A DNA stretch of 64,000 nucleotides from NCBI GenBank assembly GCA_964016885.1, contig OZ024743.1, positions 169,198,001 through 169,262,000 of the forward strand, in the 5' to 3' direction. Numbering within the stretch: position 1 is the stretch's first letter; the number at the start of each line of letters is the position of its first letter. The position numbers were made by a program, and so were the translations under genes. The notes beneath the pieces are model-generated. The model did no database searches, was not told where the DNA came from, and saw only the letters and a program-made list of their open reading frames with translations. Shown here in pieces: positions 11,374 to 23,396 of the stretch. This stretch comes from Eledone cirrhosa. Its lineage: Eukaryota.

Positions 11374-12251
11374 TAAACGGAAAAAATGAAACGATATTTC
11401 ATTTCCCACTCTTAGTACGGCTGTTACTTAAACCGACGTACAGTAGTATGTATATATATATATATCCATACATGCACACATATATATATGCACGTATGGA
11501 TTCACCGAATATTTATTATAATGCTCGGTGTGTTTGTAAACAAACATCCCGTATTAAGCCGTAGTGTCTAGCAACCACCGTTGCTCGTTTGTTCAACACT
11601 GACAAAGGAACGCTGTACTAGTTTCAAGCTTGTTAGCTATCGTCAGCAACGGATACCTTCCTGCCAGATTGTTGAACGTATATACTTACCTTATGCATAT
11701 TAACGGGTGAGTAGCCTAATTTGCATATCGAGTGGGTTAATCGGCCGGGTGCACCGAAAACGATAAACGGAAAAAATGAAACGATATTTCATTTCCCACT
11801 CTTAGTACGGCTGTTACTTAAATATAAGTATGTACACGTACATACATATATGTATACCGACGTACAGTAGTATGTATATATATATATACATACATGCACA
11901 CATATATATATGCACGTATGGATTCACCGAATATTTATCGTTTCATTTTTTCCGTTTATCGTTTGCGGTGCACCCGGCTGATTAACCCACTCGATATGCA
12001 AATTGGGCTACTCAGCCGTTAATATGCATAAGGTAAGTATATACGTTCAACAATCTGGCAGGAAGGTATACGTTGCTGACGATAGCTAACAAGCTTGAAA
12101 CTAGTACAGCGTTCCTTTGTCAGTGTTGAACAAACGAGCAACGGTGGTTGCTAGACACTACGGCTTAATACGGGATGTTTGTTTACAAACACACCGAGCA
12201 TTATAATAAATATTCGGTGAATCCATACGTGCATATATATATGTGTGCATG

Positions 12252-12303
<52 letters not shown>

Positions 12304-12703
12304 CTACTGTACGTCGGTATACATAAATGTATGTACGTGTACATACATATATTTAAGTAACAGCCGTACTAAGAGTGGGAAATGAAATATCGTTTCAGTT
12401 TTTCCGTTTATCGTTTTCGGTGCACCCGGCCGATTAACCCACTCGATATGCAAATTGGGCTACTCAGCCGTTAATATGCATAAGGTAAGTATATACGTTC
12501 AACAATCTGGCAGGAAGGTATACGTTGCTGACGATAGCTAACAAGCTTGAAACTAGTACAGCGTTCCTTTGTCAGTGTTGAACAAACGAGCAACGGTGGT
12601 TGCTAGACACTACGGCTTAATACGGGATGTTTGTTTACAAACACACCGAGCATTATAATAAATATTCGGTGAATCCATACGTGAATATATATATGTGTGC
12701 ATG

Positions 12704-12771
<68 letters not shown>

Positions 12772-14019
12772 CTACTGTACGTCGGTATACATAAATGTAT
12801 GTACGTGTACATACATATATTTAAGTAACAGCCGTACTAAGAGTGGGAAATGAAATATCGTTTCAGTTTTTCCGTTTATCGTTTTCGGTGCACCCGGCCG
12901 ATTAACCCACTCGATATGCAAATTGGGCTACTCAGCCGTTAATATGCATAAGGTAAGTATATACGTTCAACAATCTGGCAGGAAGGTATACGTTGCTGAC
13001 GATAGCTAACAAGCTTGAAACTAGTACAGCGTTCCTTTGTCAGTGTTGAACAAACGAGCAACGGTGGTTGCTAGACACTACGGCTTAATACGGGATGTTT
13101 GTTTACAAACACACCGAGCATTATAATAAATATTCGGTGAATCCATACGTGCATATATATATATGTGTGCATGTATGTATATATATATATGCATACTACT
13201 GTACGTCGGTATACATATATGTATGTACGTGTACATACTTATATTTAAGTAACAGCCGTACTAAGAGTGGGAAATGAAATATCGTTTCAGTTTTTCCGTT
13301 TATCGTTTTCGGTGCACCCGGCCGATTAACCCACTCGATATGCAAATTGGGCTACCCAGCCGTTAATATGCATAAGGTAAGTACATACGTTCAACAATCT
13401 GGCAGGAAGGTATACGTTGCTGACGATAACTAACAAGCTTGAAACTAGTACAGCGTTCCTTTGTCAGTGTTGAACAAACGAGCAACGGTGGTTGCTAGAC
13501 ACTACGGCTTAATACGGGATGTTTGTTTACAAACACACCGAGCATTATAATAAATATTCGGTGAATCCATACGTGCATATATATATATGTGTGCATGTAT
13601 GTATATATATATATGCATACTACTGTACGTCGGTATACATATATGTATGTACGTGTACATACTTATATTTAAGTAACAGCCGTACTAAGAGTGGGAAATG
13701 AAATATCGTTTCAGTTTTTCCGTTTATCGTTTTCGGTGCACCCGGCCGATTAACCCACTCGATATGCAAATTGGGCTACCCAGCCGTTAATATGCATAAG
13801 GTAAGTATATACGTTCAACAATCTGGCAGGAAGGTATACGTTGCTGACGATAGCTAACAAGCTTGAAACTAGTACAGCGTTCCTTTGTCAGTGTTGAACA
13901 AACGAGCAACGGTGGTTGCTAGACACTACGGCTTAATACGGGATGTTTGTTTACAAACACACCGAGCATTATAATAAATATTCGGTGAATCCATACGTGC
14001 ATATATATATGTGTGCATG

Positions 14020-14067
<48 letters not shown>

Positions 14068-15803
14068 CTACTGTACGTCGGTATACATAAATGTATGTAC
14101 GTGTACATACATATATTTAAGTAACAGCCGTACTAAGAGTGGGAAATGAAATATCGTTTCAGTTTTTCCGTTTATCGTTTTCGGTGCACCCGGCCGATTA
14201 ACCCACTCGATATGCAAATTGGGCTACTCAGCCGTTAATATGCATAAGGTAAGTATATACGTTCAACAATCTGGCAGGAAGGTATACGTTGCTGACGATA
14301 GCTAACAAGCTTGAAACTAGTACAGCGTTCCTTTGTCAGTGTTGAACAAACGAGCAACGGTGGTTGCTAGACACTACGGCTTAATACGGGATGTTTGTTT
14401 ACAAACACACCGAGCATTATAATAAATATTCGGTGAATCCATACGTGCATATATATATATGTGTGCATGTATGTATATATATATATGCATACTACTGTAC
14501 GTCGGTATACATATATGAATGTACGTGTACATACTTATATTTAAGTAACAGCCGTACTAAGAGTGGGAAATGAAATATCGTTTCAGTTTTTCCGTTTATC
14601 GTTTTCGGTGCACCCGGCCGATTAACCCACTCGATATGCAAATTGGGCTACCCAGCCGTTAATATGCATAAGGTAAGTATATACGTTCAACAATCTGGCA
14701 GGAAGGTATACGTTGCTGACGATAGCTAACAAGCTTGAAACTAGTACAGCGTTCCTTTGTCAGTGTTGAACAAACGAGCAACGGTGGTTGCTAGACACTA
14801 CGGCTTAATACGGGATGTTTGTTTACAAACACACCGAGCATTATAATAAATATTCGGTGAATCCATACGTGCATATATATATATGTGTGCATGTATGTAT
14901 ATATATATATGCATACTACTGTACGTCGGTATACATATATGTATGTACGTGTACATACTTATATTTAAGTAACAGCCGTACTAAGAGTGGGAAATGAAAT
15001 ATCGTTTCAGTTTTTCCGTTTATCGTTTTCGGTGCACCCGGCCGATTAACCCACTCGATATGCAAATTGGGCTACCCAGCCGTTAATATGCATAAGGTAA
15101 GTATATACGTTCAACAATCTGGCAGGAAGGTATACGTTGCTGACGATAGCTAACAAGCTTGAAACTAGTACAGCGTTCCTTTGTCAGTGTTGAACAAACG
15201 AGCAACGGTGGTTGCTAGACACTACGGCTTAATATGGGATGTTTGTTTACAAACACACCGAGCATTATAATAAATATTCGGTGAATCCATACGTGCATAT
15301 ATATATGTGTGCATGTATGTATATATATATATATACATACTACTGTACGTCGGTATACATATATGTATGTACGTGTACATACTTATATTTATGTAACAGC
15401 CGTACTAAAAGTGGGAAATGAAATATCGTTTCAGTTTTTCCGTTTATCGTTTTCGGTGCACCCGGCCGATTAACCCACTCGATATGCAAATTGGGCTACT
15501 CAGCCGTTAATATGCATAAGGTAAGCATATACGTTCAACAATCTGGCAGGAAGGTATACGTTGCTGACGATAGCTAACAAGCTTGAAACTAGTACAGCGT
15601 TCCTTTGTCAGTGTTGAACAAACGAGCAACGGTGGTTGCTAGATACTACGGCTTAATACGGGATGTTTGTTTACAAAGACACCGAGCATTATAATAAATA
15701 TTCGGTGAATCCATACGTGCATATATATATGTGTGCATGTATGTATATATATATATACATACTACTGTACGTCGGTATACATATATGTATGTACGTGTAC
15801 ATA

Positions 15804-15806
<3 letters not shown>
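11374..15806 (+). repeat. Retrozyme-like array: 9 tandem ~424-bp units (11936-15806) plus ~1.3 inverted units (11374-11937)
   Basis: HHR motifs start at 12070, 12522, 12990, 13414, 13838, 14286, 14710, 15134 and 15558 (spacing 424, or 448-468 where the internal TA tract expanded), plus 11610-11652 on the minus strand. Confidence 0.92.
12070..12112 (+). ncRNA. Type I hammerhead ribozyme (representative of 10 copies in the array)
   Basis: ACGTTG-CTGACGA-t-AGCT(aaca)AGCT-t-GAAA-CTAG-TA|CAGCGT; stem I extends via AAGG/CCTT, TGGCA/TGTCA and GTTCAACA/TGTTGAAC. Confidence 0.92.
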
Positions 15807-15898
<92 letters not shown>

Positions 15899-17105
15899 CA
15901 TATCTATATATAGATATATATAGTATATATATATATATATACAGATATAAATACATACTGTATATATATATATATTTAGTATGTATATACAGTATATATA
16001 TATATATATATATATAGTATATATATATATATAGTATAGTAATAATAATAAATTTGAAGACTAAAATCCAAAGAGGGCTCGATAAGGATAAATATATATC
16101 AAATATATAAGAACCGTAGAGCAAATATTTATTAAAATAACAGATTAAAGTTTAAGCAAAGAATCGCTGCTTTCACCCTTAACGGGATCTTCTGAAACTA
16201 ACAAAGTCAATCTGTAAACGCAGAAGTAGATATTTCAAAAAACGTTGCAAGCGTGGAAACGTTCGCTGGCAAAGAACGGGAAAAAACGAATATAATACGT
16301 TATTAATAGGGTGCGTAGAAAAACAATTACGCGCAAAGACAGAACCACGTTAATGGTATAAAAGAGGTCGTAGACTAATGTTCTCTTAGGTGGTTCATAG
16401 AGACGTTCTCTGGCAATGAACGAAAAAAACGAAGATAATGCGTCATATGTGGACCGTGGAGAACAATAGCACGCAAAGACAAAACCACGTAAATGGTATA
16501 GCAGAAGTTGTAGACTAAAATTCTAACTAGGAGACCGAATGAATCTCCGCTACAGAGTTAAGAACAAAGTAAATAAATGCAATACAGAAGTAATAGAAAT
16601 AAATAAATACATACACGCAAACAAATACGTACATACACAAGCATACGCAAAACACTTACCATAGGTATACAAAATCACGCACATATAAATATGTGTGTGT
16701 GTGTATGCGTGTATACAAATAAATAAATAATATGTAAACGTATATAAATCAATAAATACGTATATAACAAGCGCACACACATATCTACAAGTAAATACAC
16801 GAATGTTCGGAGACGTAAGTCAACCAAAACATGAAGTACACATATACACACACCCTACGTACGTACGAACCTGCATACTCACACAGACGCAAAACTCCCG
16901 TATACACATAGCCAAACCATATGTACCAGAATATATAAAATTATACGCCATAACATAAACAATCAGATATGCGTACGAGAAGTTATACTTACCTTCACAA
17001 AACATACGGGTAATATATACTTACCTATGCAATTAAGTAATGGTATAAACAAAACATATACTTAGCTCCCACATCAAGACGTAAAATATCCACGCATAGA
17101 TCGTA

Positions 17106-18380
17106 CTATCCGTTAGGGTATAACGTGTGGCTGTAATACAGGAAAGTGTTGTGTAATTTATGTTTACAAGCCGAAATTGCCTCAGATTTTTTGTTTAAGA
17201 TGTGGTCTGTGGCGTAGAGTATTTCCAGGGTCTCAGCGGCGCAGAGGTCACATGGTCTTTCATTTCCGTTATACGATCTAGCCCTAGCTAGGATCTCCCA
17301 GTGTAACTTATATTGGGTGTGGTTGTCTTTTAGACTCCAGATATAAGCTGAAAGTGACATCTTCCTTCTTAGAGGGTAACGAAAAGAATGGGTATGCATG
17401 TAAAGACGCTGCTTGAATCTATTGGCGTTTCACCCTATGTAGGCCCTACGGGACGTGGGTGTTACAACCTTACATTTGTAGACAATGTTACTAGAGAGGC
17501 ATTTCCCGGATAGGGGGCAATCAACCCGATTCCTACAATTACAGTTAGTACTAACTACAGGGTTGCACGTGTTCCTACGGCTAGGTAGTTTAGCTAAATT
17601 TGAAGCTGTGATGTTATGTGCAAGGTTAGGAGTCGTAGAGTAAAAAAATTTAATGGTATTTCTATTAAAAATTCTACTAAATTTAAGTGTAGGGGGAAAA
17701 TGCTTCGTAATAAGGGAAAGAAAGATCTTAGCTAATGGTGTGGCCACCTCCATATTATATGGTGGGTTATACCAACAAATGCGACGGGATCTATTTCTTC
17801 TAGGTCTATTCTCGTACTCTGTATATGCTACCTTATCGACAAATCCACTTCGAGCAAGAGCTTCTTTGTAATAAGTGGAATGGTCGTTGAAAATACGCTC
17901 GTTGGTGGAAAGACGGGAAAGCCTCAACGAAACGTTTCTTACCACGTTCTCGGTTATGCTGGCAGGATGGTTGGAATGCTTACTTATGTAATTAAGCGTA
18001 TCATTCGGCTTTCTATACGGGTAATACAACCCATTCAATAAATTGAGGGTAACGTCGAGGTAATTAACGACCGAGAGATTGGCCTCAACCTGTATAGAGA
18101 GGTTGAAGCCTATAAAGAAGGCTGTGAGTTCTTTTCTGAACCTGTCGCAAGCACGAGGGCCGCACTTAGTCATGGTCAAAAGACCATCGTCACGGTACAA
18201 ACCACCGCCCGCGTTGGGGAATTCGTCCTTGATAGAGAAAAGAAGGAAAAGGCCGATAAGATCAGTAGCCTCCGCAGATTCACTGGCGCCCATACTCACG
18301 TCGAATGGGGCACTATTGGATTTTTTAATCCAAATAGAGTCGTCGAAATTCTGTCTTTGCGCGTAATTGTTTTTCTCGGC
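17106..18380 (-). pseudogene. PLE RT (motifs B-E, thumb) plus GIY-YIG with a single in-frame TGA
   Basis: FDVSMGA, GLYRDDG, NYLDVTL, SNHP, WYNPPY, CNCRNRVDCPLSGKCL..IVYKC, YIG*NANRFKQRL.MHTHSF, CDLCAAE. Confidence 0.9.
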
Positions 18381-18510
18381 TCCTATTAATGACGTATTAT
18401 ATTCGTTTTTTCCCGTTCTTTGCCAGCGAACGTTTCCACGAACCAAAGTATCGTCTTCCTGTCTTCCTCCGGTTGCAACGATTTTTGAAATATCCACTTC
18501 TGCGTTTACA

Positions 18511-18580
18511 GATTAACTTCGTTAGTTTCAGAAGATCCCGTTAAGGGTGAAAGCAACGATTCTTTGCTTAAAGTTTAATC
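18511..18580 (+). ncRNA. Hammerhead-like fold with variant core CAGAAGA (second copy 16143-16212, minus strand)
   Basis: AGTTT-CAGAAGA-t-CCC(gttaa)GGG-t-GAAA-GCAA(cgattct)TTGC-TT|AAA; all three stems present. Confidence 0.6.
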
Positions 18581-18617
18581 TGTTATTTTAATAAATATAT
18601 ATATATAGTATATACAA

Positions 18618-18890
18618 TATTAAATAAATGGAAAACTACATTTATAAAACCATATTTATTTCATTATATATATTTCATTATATATAATATATACACGATA
18701 TATATATATAGTATATATATATCGTGTATATATTATATATAATGCCTTATATATATTAAATAAATGGAAAACTACATTTATAAAACCATATTTATTTCAT
18801 TATATATATTTCATTATATATAATATATACACGATATATATATATAGTATATATATATCGTGTATATATTATATATAATGCCTTATATAT
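18618..18890 (-). repeat. Two tandem truncated termini of the 19681/22934 PLE family
   Basis: TATTAAATAAATGGAAAACTACATTTATAAAACCATATTTATTTCATTATATATATTTCA occurs twice. Confidence 0.7.
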
Positions 18891-19221
18891 TTTATATAGT
18901 ATATATATATATAGTATATATGTGTGTCGTATATATAATATCTATATATATATAGAGAATATATATATATATATAGTATATATATATAATATATATATAT
19001 ACATATAATATATATATACTATATATATATGTGACTGATAGCACCCCTTATTTTTCATTGTATATTTTATTATTTTTATTTTTATTTTTATTTTTATTTT
19101 TATTTTTATTTTTATTTTTATTTTTATTTTTACTTTTACTTCCTTAATATCCTTTATCTTCTATTATTTTTCATTCTTCAATGTCTTGGATTTGTTATTG
19201 CTTGTGTGGTATGTAATTAAC

Positions 19222-19279
19222 CTTTATGCTCTGATGAGTCCCACTTATAGTGCGGATGAAACAATGTTAGCAAGTAAAG
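19222..19279 (+). ncRNA. Hammerhead ribozyme in a solo PLE-like end (~19030-19315)
   Basis: TGCT-CTGATGA-GTCC.CAC(ttata)GTG.c.GGAT-GAAA-C(aat)G-TT|AGCA. Confidence 0.85.
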
Positions 19280-19504
19280 ATATGCATATGCTATAGGCGT
19301 TCTTTGTTATTTATTATATATATATATATATATTTTATATATACTATATATATACTACATATATATATATACTATATATATATACTACGTATATATATAT
19401 ACTATATATATATGTAGTATATATTTTAGTATTGCCTGTGTGAAGTGATCGTTTCTGCGCATGCGCGTTCGTACGGTTGTCCTTCCTGTTCCGTAAAATG
19501 ATGT

Positions 19505-19554
19505 CCATTACGAGCTGAGGATCCGCTTAGGTGAAACAATGGTTCTCGGTATGG
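19505..19554 (+). ncRNA. Hammerhead ribozyme in a ~225-bp mini-element (19425-19650)
   Basis: CCAT..CGAG-CTGAGGA-tCC(gctta)GGt-GAAA-C(aatg)G-TT|CTCG..ATGG. Confidence 0.7.
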
Positions 19555-19643
19555 CGAACTACCTGTTGTGTAACCACTTCTACCCAACTCGTCCCATGGA
19601 TTGAGTGCTCTACCACTACGGATATTACCTTACAGTGTTCTAC

Positions 19644-19681
<38 letters not shown>

Positions 19682-20039
19682 GATATTAAATAAATGGAAA
19701 CTATATTTATAAAACCATATTTATTTCATTATATATATTTCAGGGATATCATATTAAAAATATTAAAAATATGGTATGCCTTCTTCAGACAAAATACAAT
19801 ATAAACAGTCTTATAAATAGATAGATTTGACATACCTTTCAACTTCATCTTCCATTTAAAAAGTTGATTTGGTAGTGAAAAATGTTAGGGACAGTTATAA
19901 AAAGAAAGAAAGAAAAAAGCGAAGAAAAAGAAGAAATGCATGCAACTAAATAGAGAGAGATAGATATAGAGAGATAGATAGAGAGAAGAAATTCATGTAA
20001 AGAAAACAGAGAAATATATAGAGAGAGGAAAAAACACAG

Positions 20040-20072
<33 letters not shown>

Positions 20073-21178
20073 AGAGAGAGAGAGAAAAATTATAGATAGA
20101 GAGAAAGAAAATAGGTAATTGGGCACCAGTTGAATGACGTATCAATGATATATTTATTTATTTATTTATTTATTTAGTTCTAGTATTAAGGTAGAGAGAG
20201 ATATATGTGGTTAGGAGAGAAAACAGCCGTTACAAAGAGAGAAAATAAAATAAAATATCTAGACATAAACGAGGCAGATTTAAAACATTATGTTTCATCA
20301 ATGTAAAAATTAGGTATTATAATGTAAATATCAGTATTCATGAATGAGACACGTATCAATAATGTGTGAAAAATAATGATCATATGTCTAGTGTAAAATT
20401 CAGAGTTGAGATAAAACTGAGATAAAAAACTGAGATAAAAAACTGAGATAAAAAATGATATAAAAACTGAGATAAAAAACTTCAAAAAAAATTGAAATAC
20501 ATAAGTATATATGCACTTTCATGAAAAAAGAAAAAGAGAAAAAGAAAAAGAAAATAGAAGGTTATCCCAGATTCTATACTATAGACTTCCATGTGAATTT
20601 ACGTGATCAACTCTGCAAATTCCTATTTCACATGAAAACATTCTCATTGTGCTATAAAAATTCTAGTATACATATATGTGTACATACACACAAATATATA
20701 TAGAATCTACATTAATTTTAACAATACTATTCTTGTCTTTACTCTACATGATTATCGTTCAAGCATAAATAAAGAACAGATATCAATATATCAATAAAAA
20801 TATCAAAAAATTAAAAATATTAAAAATAAAACAATTAAAAATATTAAAAATAAAACACAATATGCCCCGCAAATCAACCACAGAGATCAACCCTTCAAAA
20901 GTTAATTGACAATATATTGCCAAGTTCGTTATAAGCATCATAATCAAAAGCAAACAAAACCAAAATTATTTACCAAATCCTGTCTAGCAGAAATCATTCC
21001 AAAAGTTTAGGATACCCATTTGATCCACAGATGGTCTTATATTTAATATAGAAGTTTATCTAGTGTACAATTTATTCGATATATTTGGAGCATCAGCCTT
21101 TAGGGTAGTTTAATTATTCATGAAGAATGTTTAAAATAAAAAGAAATCGAAAGATTTATCGGCGAGCCTCATAAATAA

Positions 21179-22392
21179 TTATAAATCAAAGTAAATATAC
21201 CACACTCTAAATTTATATTTATATTTAAAAGTTGAGTTCAATCCATGTCTGCAGCAACCGAATAAATTTGTCCGCAAATCAAGGGAATTTTTAGATTTTA
21301 GTATAAAGAACATCTCCTCCGCGCAGAGGTCACATGTCTCAGAGGATGAATTAAAAGGAATCCCTCTTGAGACTATATTCCAAGCCGTCGAATATCCAAC
21401 GTTATCATGCCCAAGCTGCCAGAGCAAACCCGACAGTGATGCTGAAGATTTTCCGCCTGGATCTGTGAAAGAATTCCCGTGGTTACTATAGCGAAGTTTA
21501 AATTCTGTCGAGGTGGAACCAACATAGTCAAAAGAATTTAAGTCCGTTTTAACATTACAGTTGTATATTATATTTTTAACTAAGCAATTGTTATTTAACG
21601 GACACTCAGATCCATCTCCACAGTCACATCTGTCCACTTGGATATCATTTATGCTATCATCGGCATTTTGGCTAGGCTTCATATTCCCACCATTTATTCT
21701 ATTAATATTTTGTGCTAAATTTTTGGTGGATGAGCAAGTTAATCCTATAGTATGTCCATTGAAAATTGAGTGACACCTATGTGTTCTAGGGAAGCGATCA
21801 TCAAGAGCATCAAAAAATAGTTCAGCGATGTGGGTTCCAACGTCCAGTGAGAAAGGGGGGGCAAACCACACCATATTCCCAGCTCTATTTCTTTCCTGGC
21901 TTTTGGAACCACTGCAATGCTTTCCATTATAGCTGCCAAAGCTGTTGCCGTAACCAAAATTGTTGCTATCTTGGTTAGTTTGTCTATTATCATCTATGTA
22001 CATAATTCCATCACTATATCCTGCTCTAGCCAACGCCCCACTGTAATACTGGGCTCCCCCGCCGAAAATCTCCCCATCAGATGAGACTCCAGAGATACGC
22101 CCCCGAACAGAGTCCACTATAGCACCCTCAACAGACCCGAGGTGGTCAGAGTCAAAACTGACACAGCCTAAGTTTTCATTCAACTTGCGAAACGGACAGT
22201 GAAGACATGCGCTGAGATTCAATGTTACATCCAGGAAATTGACCACCCTATGGCCACTCTCAACCTCCATTTTTAGATTAAAGTAATTAAAAAATTGTGT
22301 AATTTGTTTTCTTTTTCTATTTAGTTCAGAGTTATTATTTTCAATAAGTAAAAGCATGTCATCTCTATATAAACCTCCGGTAGCACCGGGTA
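21179..22392 (-). pseudogene. PLE RT C-terminal half plus GIY-YIG, open but heavily A-to-G substituted
   Basis: GGLYRDDMLL, NFLDVTL, WFAPPF, CDCGDGSECPLNNNCL, IIYNC, YVGSTSTEFKLRYSNH, CDLCAEE. Confidence 0.92.
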
Positions 22393-22530
22393 TTTTCTCT
22401 CCTAACCAGATATATCTCTCTCTACCTTAATACTAGAACTAAATAAATAAATAAATAAATAAATATATCATTGATACGTCATTCAACTGGTGCCCAACTA
22501 CCTATTTTCTTTCTCTCTATCTATATTTTT

Positions 22531-22564
<34 letters not shown>

Positions 22565-22817
22565 CTATCTATCTCCCTCTGTGTTTTTTCCTCTCTCTAT
22601 ATATTTCTCTCTGTTTTCTTTACATGAATTTCTTCTCTCTATCTATCTCTCTATATCTATCTCTCTCTATTTAGTTGCATGCATTTCTTCTTTTTCTTCG
22701 CTTTTTTCTTTCTTTCTTTTTATAACTGTCCCTAACATTTTTCAAATCAACTTTTTAAATGGAAGATGAAGTTGAAAGGTATGTCAAATCTATCTATTTA
22801 TAAGACTGTTTATATTG

Positions 22818-22892
22818 TATTTTGTCTGAAGAAGGCATACCATATTTTTAATATTTTTAATATGATATCCCTGAAATATATATAATGAAATA
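22818..22892 (+). ncRNA. Hammerhead ribozyme (second copy 19722-19796, minus strand)
   Basis: TATTTTGT-CTGAAGA-[stem II AGG..CATA...TATG..CCT]-GAAA-TATATA-TA|ATGAAATA. Confidence 0.75.
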
Positions 22893-23028
22893 AATATGGT
22901 TTTATAAATATAGTTTCCATTTATTTAATATCGTAAATATACTCCAAATACTTGTTGAGTGCTTTTATAACAGTTATAAATATTTACTCGTTGTAACCCA
23001 ACAATTTAAATAAAACTTTGCATATATG

Positions 23029-23114
<86 letters not shown>

Positions 23115-23239
23115 TCTATATATGTACATATATGTTTATATACTATATATTTATATATATATATATAATATATATATATATACTATATATACATATATAC
23201 TATATATATATATTTATATATATATACTACATATACATA

Positions 23240-23304
<65 letters not shown>

Positions 23305-23320
23305 ATATATATATATATAT

Positions 23321-23377
<57 letters not shown>

Positions 23378-23396
23378 TATATACATATATATAGAA

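Larger units (their letters stand above)
16040..18596 (-). mobile_element. 5'-truncated PLE (Nematis-like) with short inverted arm
   Basis: 18382-18596 is an inverted copy of ~16125-16310; ORF remnant 17106-18380; ~140-bp tandem duplication in the 3' UTR (16262-16530); (TA)n flanks. Confidence 0.9.
19681..23020 (-). mobile_element. 5'-truncated PLE (Nematis-like) with inverted arm; A-to-G hypermutated ORF
   Basis: 22393-22934 is an inverted copy of 19681-20224; ORF remnant 21179-22392; (TA)n flanks. Confidence 0.92.

Noticed and set aside
11936-15806. CRISPR-like array or tandem small-protein genes (MFVYKHTEH...)
   Set aside because: Units are near-identical throughout with no unique spacers, and ORF frames change with TA length; a ribozyme repeat explains it better.
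21179-22392. APOBEC editing, CpG decay or a genuinely Gly-rich divergent protein
   Set aside because: Direction is A>G on the sense strand and hits conserved residues (SNH, CNC, HK), unlike G>A/C>T processes or purifying selection.
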